This document shows positions 54,155 to 64,000 of a stretch of 64,000 nt of DNA, piece after piece. The notes beneath the pieces are model-generated. The model saw only the letters and a list, made by a program, of their open reading frames with translations. It made no database searches and was not told where the DNA came from. A program made the translations under genes and the position numbers. Every line of letters starts with the position of its first letter. The stretch's first letter is position 1. Origin of the DNA: Lama guanicoe (Eukaryota); contig MU054001.1 of the NCBI GenBank assembly GCA_013239625.1, positions 4,318,167-4,382,166 of the forward strand. Direction: 5' to 3'.

Positions 54155-56480
54155 TCAAAAATAAGTACTAACTCTAAATGTGGCAGCAATTCATGAGTAA
54201 CATTTTATATAAAAATGCTAGAGAAAAGTTAAAACTTTTAAAAGGCTACAGACGTTAAAGTGAATCCAATACTGAAAATAAAATTAAATTAAAAAATAAA
54301 AAGACTACAGACTTATCAAATATTTATAAAAATACCAACTATAATATATGCAAGATGATTTAAAAATATTAAAGTTTATATTCCTAAATAAAATGAATTA
54401 AGATCCATAAATGATATATGAGAGACTGATTTTGGAAATTATTTTAATATTTAATTATTTTAATTATTTCCCCTCTACCTCCCTCAAAAGGCTTTTCCCA
54501 TGGTGTCAAAATGCATATAAATACTATCTGTAACCAAAAAAAAAAAAATCTGCCTTTTAAAATTATATGAAAAACACTCTAAGACAATTATAAAAATAAA
54601 GAACACTTCATCTCATTTGCTTCACTGTGATTTTTTAACATGCACCCATTTTTTTCACAATTAGCTAGCTAATGAGCAGACTTTTCTCAACCTGCGAAGA
54701 ATTGTTCAAGAGTGAAGTTACTTTACTTTGGCTGTTCTGCTTCACCCTTTATGGCTTAAGGGCGATGTGCACATCTGGTATTAAGGGCAGGAGAGTCCAG
54801 ACTCCAGCTCTACCATAAATAACAAGGTGACCGTTGGACAGCTTATTGCCCACTCTGGGTCTCAATTTTCTCGTCTGATAAGTGGTCTAGATAACCTCTA
54901 AGATGGTATTTAAACTTAATATCCTATAATATAACATGAAAATACACAGCATCACCTATGAAGCGGTCTTATTGAAAAGAATAATCTGAATCTAACCTAG
55001 CCTTCAGATCTAACTTTCACTTTGCAGGAATTGCAGAGGATAAAGGAACAAGCTTAACACCACGAGGAAGCAGTCAGACAAACCCAGAAGGTTGAGCATT
55101 ATGAGCCAGTCAGCCCAGGAGCTGAGAGAAAAGCAGGCGGTGTAGGCGGTGCCAGAAGGAGCACTGTTGTAGATCAAGAGAGGCTTAGAAAACCCCAAAC
55201 CAGGCACATGTAGACTTCACTTAGATCCTGATTGAAGCAAACTAACTGGCAATAGACATTTTTGGAACAACTGGAAAAACTTGAATGTATTGGACCATGT
55301 ATTAGACATATTAAGAAATGACGGTTACTTGTGTAAGGCGTGATAATGGTGGTTATATAAGAAACTGTCCCTATTTTTAAGACACGTATACTGAACCCAC
55401 AGGATGTCTTTACTTTAACAGCCCCAGCAAAGAAGCTACATCAAGTCCATGTGATAGAATACTACTAATTGTTAAATATGCTTGATGGCTGTACACAATT
55501 CATTGTACTTTCTATTTTTCTTCATGCTTGAGAAGGTGGCTAAATACAAACATCTTGGAAATCTTGTTATGCCTGAGAAAAACTTGGTGCTCCCCTAAAG
55601 AGGACCTGGGACATTACAGCCTGAATTATATGTACACACACTCATCGGTATGTGTGTGCACACACAGAGCCCACAGCCACCCCCCCACGTGTATGTGTGT
55701 CAAAATCCCTGGAATGTCACAGAAGAAATGGGTAACAGTGGCTACCTCTCTAGAGTCGAACGGGGGGACTGGAAGTTTCGGAGTGGAGATGTGTCTTTTC
55801 ACTACAGATTCTTTTCTACTTTTCTGAATGTTTTGCTATGTGCATCTATCACCTTTTCAAAATAAGGTTCTTAAAAATACTTCAGCAATTACCATCAGCA
55901 CAATGAAGGGTAATTTTACTCTTACGCTCCCCTGAGTTACTAGGCTGTATCTTTCTTTAGCAGTGCAGTTCCTGAGCAACTGTGCGGAGACAAAGTGCTG
56001 GAAGCAGATATGCTGAGTGAGTTCCTAGTGTGCTGGTACGACCAGAGTTGCCGCTTAAAACATATGGGGTGGTGTTAGGACAAATCGTGTGGGGTTGTGC
56101 AGAACGCACACGAGCCTGGAGTGCTAAGAAACCTGGCTGGACTGCCCCTTCATCAGGAGAAGAACTTAACAGGCACGTGTTTTAGGCAACAGCAAAGGCA
56201 GAGGCATCTTGAACAGTTCCGAACCTGGGTCTATCACTGAAGACAAGTTTACTTTTGAAAAAGTACCTCTGGAGGAATGTTAGATGGCAAAACGTGACTT
56301 GACGTTTCAAGTACCTATTTAATTCATGTAGTTAGAACAACCCAGAGGGTATATTTTATATATACCTTAGTGGGCAACTTCTTGGTATGATTTCTTCTCA
56401 CGAAGACCACAGAAGGTTTTAAAATCCCACACCAATAGTCACTCTGCTCCCACCCCTAATGATTGAACAAGTTTGGGTCA

Positions 56481-56675
<195 letters not shown>

Positions 56676-57229
56676 TTAAACTCAACCGGTTCCACCAGCA
56701 CGTGCAGCGGGATGGATGGGAGTCAGTCTCTCTCTACAGGCAGCTTGATTCTACAAGGGACACGCAGAGAAGTTATTACATATTCTAGTCACTCCTAAAT
56801 ACGGTTGGTACTTCTGAACTAAGATGAGGCCTGTTCACGTCACTGTCACCATTTAATCCATCACAGCTGTCAGCCTGTAAAAGGGCCTTCAGTTTCTACC
56901 CGTTTCATTTCAAGATTTTCACACAGATGTACACAAACCAAAGAGATTCTAATTTCTCTTTAACACTGACCAGAAAAAAAAAGTGTTTTGAAAATGTAAA
57001 TGTAAACAGGATCATGCAGCTTTAATAAAAATTGGCTGAATCTATACAAGGTAAGAACTTACTCTGAGATTTATGTGTCATGATAAATTATTAAAGACTG
57101 TACAATGCATTAAATTATATAGTGACACCATGCAGTGACAATTTTCATTTTAAATTGATTTGCACACACACGTGGATGCAGGTCTCACAAGAGAGTGGGA
57201 ACGTCATGTTGCCAAACCATTTCCTGTGA

Positions 57230-57450
57230 GAAGCAGCACAGTCTGGTGATTAAGGGCTTAGGATTCTGACGTCCTGGGTTCAAATCCTAGCTCTACCACT
57301 TAGCACTGGGCAAATCAGCACAAGTGACTTAACCCTTCTAAGTTTGCCATTTGCACATCAATCACATGGGGACAAAAATCATCATGCAGAGCTGTTAAGA
57401 GGATTAAATAATGTTTATAAAGCACTCACTAAACGTTAGCTATTATTATA
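57230..57450 (+). mobile_element. MIR SINE
   Basis: CCTGGGTTCAAATCCTAGCTCTACCACTTAG...CAAGTGACTTAACC...GAGGATTAAAT. Confidence 0.75.
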
Positions 57451-60179
57451 CATAAACATACTAAACAGTTCTAAATCATCACACTCATTTCTGAATCATT
57501 TGCTGTGCTTCTGCCAAATCGAATGGTAACAGCTAACATGCCCAGGTTTCTCGGAAAATAATGAAAAAAAACTCCACAAATCATGGGACTGTTCATAACT
57601 AGGACGAGGCTGGCTGCATTACTAGCAGTATGACTCACACCTGTGAGCTGCCTCATTTGTGTACAAACCTACAAGGTAAAGAACTAGACAGGGAAGCACC
57701 ACACCGTCCTGGTGCCGTCACTCAGCAAGCCTAGTCCTTGGTTTCCTCTCCTCAAAGAGCAGCACAGAGCCGGCGTCCTGCTACTTCTAAAACCCTGTGC
57801 TCCAGCCCATAACACAGGCAATCTGAGGACTTATGATTTTAATACGTATGAATGACTTCACATTAACTGAGCATGAGCTTCGAGTAATTTTCTTCAAACA
57901 TCATACTAACCTAGTAAGCTACTGCCTAGTATCATGGAAAAATGAATAAAAATCCTTTATATTGCGATATGCCCTACAGTACAGGGTTTTCAGAACTTCT
58001 CAATAGCCGTATGGCAGGGCAGGCATTATTATCATTTCCATTTGATAGAAACCGAGGGTCAAAAATTGATTTCTTGAGAAAAATTCTCAAATATACAAAG
58101 AAAAAAAAAATTAAAGAGTATATATTAGAGGCCAACACAGCATATACTGTATTCAACAGTAAAACACCAGAGACTTCCCATTAAACCCTGAACAGGATCA
58201 AGCTCGGATCAAGCTGCTCTAGAGGTATGGCCCTGGAATGACCAAGGAAGGAAGGCAGACAGACTGCTAGAGGAAAGGAGGCCCAAGAAATGCGAAGCCC
58301 AGGGCCAGGAAAGGGCATCCAACTGGATTCTGAAACCACCAAGAATCTCAGTGGGACCAGCGAAGAGTAACAGAGACTGACAAGCAGGAATCTTCGAGGA
58401 ACGAGGGGCGCCCCTGGCGATGGTGGGTGACTGTAACCAGGAGAGGTGGGTGGTGCAGTCTGCTGACATGTTACTTAAAACTGGAGGATTTTAGAAAGGA
58501 AGGAGCGAGGATGGTTTAGAGCTGTGGTTCTCAAACTTCAACGTGCACGACAATAACCTGGAGAACTTTTTAAAACAGACATCCCTGGGCCCCTCCCCAA
58601 AGCCTCTGCTTCCGGACTAGAGGTGAAGCCCTAGGATGTGCCCTTATATACAAAGAGGAACAAGATCACTGATCCAATAGCAAAACTGGCAAAACATAGG
58701 AAAAATCACAGCAAAAAATTGCAAAGTCCCTTAAAACACATGAAAAGATGTCCAATCTCCTCAAACTAGGAGAAATGCAAATTAAAACTGAGACATAATT
58801 TCTCACTAAAACCAGTAAAAAGCCAACATTTTGACATCATATTCTTCTGGCAAGGCTGTGGTAAAATAGGCATTCTCAAACACGGCTGTGGAGATGCAAA
58901 GTGGCTAAGGAGGGGACTACAGCGACACCCAGCAAAGCTACAGAGCCATCTGTTCACCGAGCCGGCAAGCTCACTTCCAGGAATCGATCCCAAAGACACA
59001 GTGGCAACAACACAACGCATCTTCTGTAAAAAGGCTATTCGCTGCAGTTCCATTCGTAATAGCAAAAGACTGGAAACAACTCAAATACGCCTCAAAGCAG
59101 AGAGGCCGAAAAAACATGGAATATGTACACAATGGAGTAATGTATACAATACACATGGATAGGAAGTTGTAAAAAAGAAATGAGAAACATGTCTATCTAC
59201 TACGATGATTAATAAAGGACAGAAGCAAGGCAAGGGCAGAAGCAGTGCTTTTAAGAAAAGGGGTGAAATACAGATACATACATATTTGCTTATGTTTTCA
59301 AAATAAGAACAATAGAATAATAAATAAATTTAAAAAACCATAAAGTGTGGTTATCAATGGCAGAAAGGAAACAACAGGGGCAAAGGGACAGAAGCTAGAC
59401 CTCTCTAAATAAATATATATATATGTATAATATGCATAAAACTTACCATTTTAACCATTTTTAAATGCACAGTTCAGCAGCAGTAAGTACATTCACATTA
59501 TTGTGCAACTAACCATCACCACCATCGATCTCCAGAACTTTTTCATCATCCCAAACTGAGACCCTGTACCCAGCAAACAATGTCTCCCTACTCCCCCCTT
59601 ACCCCGACCTCTGGCAGCCACTGGTTCTACCTTCTGTCCCTATGAATTTAACTACTCTAAGTCCCTCAAAAGAGAATTCATACAATATTTGTCCTTTGTG
59701 TCAGGTTATTTCACTCAGAATAATATTTTCAAGGTTTATTCATGCAGTAGTATTTATCAGAACTTCATTCCTCTTTAAAGCTGAGTAATACTCCATCGCA
59801 TGTATATATCATGTTTCTCTGAACATATTTTGTTTCAGTTTTAACTCTGACACTGTGTAAATATTTTATGTAATCAAAAAAATAAAAATTAAAGCAACCA
59901 AACGAAAAAACCCTTAAAAAAAAAAAGCTGCAACAACAGAAGCTAACTTTATAACAAGCCGCAAAGAGAAATTTTTCAAGCAACTTTAATAGTAAATTGT
60001 ATAATCCTAGAGGGATTTTTTTCCCTGAGGACAAGAAGAATCACAAGGAAATCTTAAACTGCATTCAGTATGTCATTGTTAGTAATAACAGCATTATTTT
60101 GAAACTATTAAAAATATTGGGTAAAATAAAGCAAACAATAATAATGAGTTTATAATGATACTTAACATTCACTGGTCAT

Positions 60180-60332
60180 CTTTTTTTTGATTCATCTTTT
60201 TTATTGTTGTTGTTTTTGGGAGAGGGAGGTAATTAGGTCTATTTATTTATTTTTAGAGGAGGTACCAGGGATTGAACCCAGGACCTTATGCATGCTAAGC
60301 ATGCGCTCTACCACTTGAGCTATACCCTCCCC
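60180..60332 (-). mobile_element. tRNA-derived SINE (Vic-1-like), well preserved
   Basis: Minus strand GGGGAGGGTATAGCTCAAGTGGTAGAGCGCATGCTTAGCATGCATAAGGTCCTGGGTTCAATCCC; perfect TSD TTCACTGGTCAT (60168-60179 / 60333-60344). Confidence 0.9.
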
Positions 60333-61768
60333 TTCACTGGTCATGTTTAGAGACTGCTAGGACACCAACTCATTGTTCTGGAAAAAGGGGTGGGGGTGGG
60401 AGAAGAATCATACACCTACCCCATCTGTTGTGGTATGTAATTTACTTCAAAGTTACTAAATAACTGATGAAACAGGAAGTTCTTATTTATAGAAGAATCA
60501 CGGCCAATAAATGGAAAAGAACGACAAAATTAGGGTATCCCCATTTTGAAAGCTCTAATGAAATAATGGCTCTGTATAACAATTACCACTGGTTGTTACA
60601 AGTGACTCCACTGATTAATCTTAACATCACTATTTTACGACAATATTTATGATATAAAAGTAGAAAATAAATACATACAGCACTACGGATTATTTTTGCC
60701 CAAAAAGTCTGATCCTGAACGTAATTAAGGCTCTAGACCTAGCTTCCAAATTATAGGAAAAGCGGGAGGCAGAGGGCCACGTTAAACAGTAACACTGCTT
60801 AGCCAGCCAAACTTGAGAATGGGGAAAACCCTTTAGGACAAAGGACAGCTTCTTCAATGAATAAACAGTACGGGGAAAGGGGGGTAGGAAGGGGAAATGT
60901 TACTGATTCAGAGATTCAAGAATCTGTCAATATACTAAAAACTACTAAAATGTACACTTTAAATGGGTGAATTATATGGTAGGTGAATCAAATCTCAACT
61001 ACAGCCGTTTTAAAAAAATATTTAAGAGATCAAAATATCAACTAAAAACAATACGTGGATACTGCTTATTAGACGCTGATAACAAACCAATTGGAAAAAA
61101 AAGAAAGACATTTTTAAAGCAATCAGGGAAAACTGAACTCTGACTGCATATCAAATGATAACTTTAAAATGTCTGTTAATTTGGGGGTTTGGGATAATGG
61201 TATCGTGGTTAAGGTTTTTAAAAGTTCATTTTCTGTCACAGACACACAATGAAGCACACAATAAAGTATTTATGGGTCACATAATATGATTTCCTTTACC
61301 TATTCCAGGATGCAAAAATAAAAATGTAGGAAGATGAATGAAACAAGAATGACAAGATGCTGACAATCTATTGACACCTATGATAATGCACACAGGTATT
61401 TTTGGGGATGTTTGAAAATTTCCTGCATTAAAAGTAAAACATAAATGTGATAAAGGCACCTATCACAGAGGTGCAGACAGATCTCTGCAGAGCATGTGGA
61501 GAATCTGCTTGAAAATTTCTGTAATAAAATGTTTTAAAAAAGACTAATGACTCAGGGAAAATACAAGACATATGTCAAATACATTATATCAAAAAAAAAC
61601 TGTGTTTTGGTGGCAGTGGTGGGGAAAAGGAAAAGATTTTACTTTAAGTACTTTTGTTTTCATTTTATAAGGATCATGCCATATTCCTTTAATAGAAATA
61701 AATACTTTAAAATAGTTAAGTAATACATTTTGCCTTGGGATCTTTACTAGTTTCACATAAAAATTTTA

Positions 61769-61912
<144 letters not shown>

Positions 61913-62514
61913 TTATTTTGCGGAAAAAGAATCAAAATGAAGCATGTTAAATGTTAATACATGCTACTGTAATAAAAAAATAAAAAACACTTGATATTCA
62001 AGCCCAAACTTCCAGTTAACAGCCCCCTGTGAGCTGTACGTGTGAATCTGAAAGATGACCACAAGTGAAATCAAATGACAGTCCTCAACTTCCAGATGCT
62101 ACATTTTCATTTCCCTCACACTTCAGCACATGATAAACCCGAATGAGCCTTGGTAGACTGAATTCAGCTTTTCATAGGTTACCATCCCCATGCTGGGCAG
62201 ACACCGGGGTGGAGTCATCTCCCAAGTCAGAGTGCTTCCTCGCCGACTCAAACCCACTGCCTATCCAGCAAGTGTTGCCTGTGCCGGGCCAGGCCCCTCC
62301 GCCTCTAATGCCTCAGTGGCTCCCATGGTTTTTACTGACCCAACTTCCCCTTCCCATTCCTGCTCATTTTTATCCTTTTCTTATTGTCCCTTCTTCTCAC
62401 ACAGGACAAAAAGAAGGACAGCAATAAACAGTCATGTCAACACAGTGGGACAGAAGGGCGAGGGCCACCCAGGTGAGTTGGCTCCCTTCCCACCAAAGGG
62501 AAAGTGACTGATAT

Positions 62515-63260
62515 GGTGTGACAGATTATATTTTCTAAAAATAGCCACAATGGTACTTTCAGTTCTGCACGATCTCCCAGAACTCGGCTGCTTCCTCTAT
62601 GGATGTAGAGTAATTTCCCCTCCCCTTGAATCTGAGTGGGACTTTGTGGCTTCTTCAATCAACAGAACACAGGAAAATGAAAGGCTAGGGTGTAAAAGGC
62701 AACGTGATTTCCACCTGACTCACACGTGTTTGCTCCCCTCCTCTCTCTCAACTCTTGCCCTTGGAAGCCAGCCACCGTGTTATGATGCCCAGATCACGTG
62801 AAGAGGTCACTTGCCAGGGTTCTGGCTGACAGCCCCACACCAACCACCAGACATGTGAGTGAGCAGACCTCAGATGATTCTGGCTCCCAGTTTCCCAACA
62901 GAGGTTTCTCAACCTCAGCACCATGGACATTGTGGACGAGATAATTCCCTGTTGTGTATGTCTGTGTGGCCCCTGTGCACTAGACTATTTAACAGCATCT
63001 CTGACCTCTACCCTCTAGATACAAGCGGAAGCCCCCAAGTTATAACAGCAAAAAGTTTCTCCAGACATTGACAAAAGTCCTCAGGGGCAAAACTGCCACT
63101 AGTTGAGAACGACTGGCTTAGACGTCGTGGAGGAGAGACAAGCCGTCTCCACTGTACCCTTTCTAAACCCCTGACACACAGAAATCATGAGAAATAACAC
63201 ATGATTATTGCTGTCTTAAGCCACAAAGTTTTGGTGATTTGTTATGTAGCAATAGACACG
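62515..63260 (+). mobile_element. MLT1-type LTR interrupted by a MER20-like hAT element (62899-63115)
   Basis: LTR motifs TTTCCCCTCCCCTTGAATCTG and TTAAGCCAC...TTTGTTATGTAGCAATAGA; MER20 termini CAGAGGTTTCTCAACC / GTTGAGAACGACTG. Confidence 0.75.
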
Positions 63261-64000
63261 CTGGCTTCCTCCCTGTGGCACCTGGCCGCACAGACAGTCT
63301 GATGCCCCCTTTTGGGCGGTCTGCAGGAGAGCAAGGCAGCTTCTGCACAGGTCTGAATCCAGGCTTGCTTTATTTTTCTCTCATTTTACAACCACGTTAG
63401 GCACAGATGTGGGGAATTTCTGGAAGTATCACGGATCAGACACTAGGATACTTTGGAATCAGACAGACATGGGACAGAATCCAGCCTCTGACATTATGTG
63501 ACCTCTCATTGTGGTCCTGGCTCAAATGTTACCTCCTCAGAGGGGCCTTTCCTACACTAACCATTGTGACACCTCATATCACTCTGCTTTTATTTGTTTC
63601 TTCCTAGCTGAAATGACATCACACCTTTACTCCTATGAGAATGCAAACTCCATGAGCATGATGGCCTTGTCTGTCTTGTTCATGCTTGGATCCCTTGGAC
63701 CCAACACAGTCCATGCCATAAAGTAAGTGTTCAGTAAACACACGTTCAAAGTAAAGGAATGATTCTGATGAAGTTCCTTAACCTCTAAATCTCAGCTTCC
63801 TCACCAGGAAGGTAGGGTAATAATGCCTAGCTCATAAAACCTAGTACCTAATAGGCCCTCAAAAATTGGTATAACATTGTTATAAACTTCAAAAAGTCAC
63901 CATACTGGCTATGAAGAGTAAATTATATTTGATTAAAGCTGTAAGTGTATCCCTGGAAATTCACTAATGGCACATAAAACAGTTGAACAATGTAACTCAA

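Noticed and set aside
60255..60332. tRNA-like sequences with A and B boxes
   Set aside because: Dispersed, diverged copies with SINE tails and TSDs; these are SINEs, not tRNA genes.

Overview
Mammalian genomic DNA, most likely a camelid (camel, alpaca or llama), judged from six copies of a tRNA-derived SINE and young L1 3' ends. Two genes lie in tandem on the minus strand. The last four coding exons and 3' UTR of HEATR3 span about 61866 down to 50080. The CpG-island promoter and first coding exon of TENT4B (PAPD5) lie at 21618..20990, followed by more than 20 kb of intron 1 that runs off the left edge. Most of the rest is interspersed repeat (L1, L2, MIR, MaLR/ERVL LTRs, Tigger and hAT DNA transposons), and nearly all ORFs in the supplied track are spurious. 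I see no evidence of a wholly new biological system. The most notable items are: (1) a 5'-truncated processed retrocopy of a divergent FBXO27-like gene, missed by the ORF track and nested in a Tigger1 element; (2) a candidate alternative non-coding first exon of TENT4B that would bypass the conserved N-terminal motif; (3) an interrupted (CAG)12-CA-(CAG)9 tract in the TENT4B 5' leader; (4) an unusual G-rich splice acceptor on the last HEATR3 exon; (5) an apparently chimeric ERVL-LTR/MaLR element. Gene and repeat names come from my recall of these families, not from database searches.
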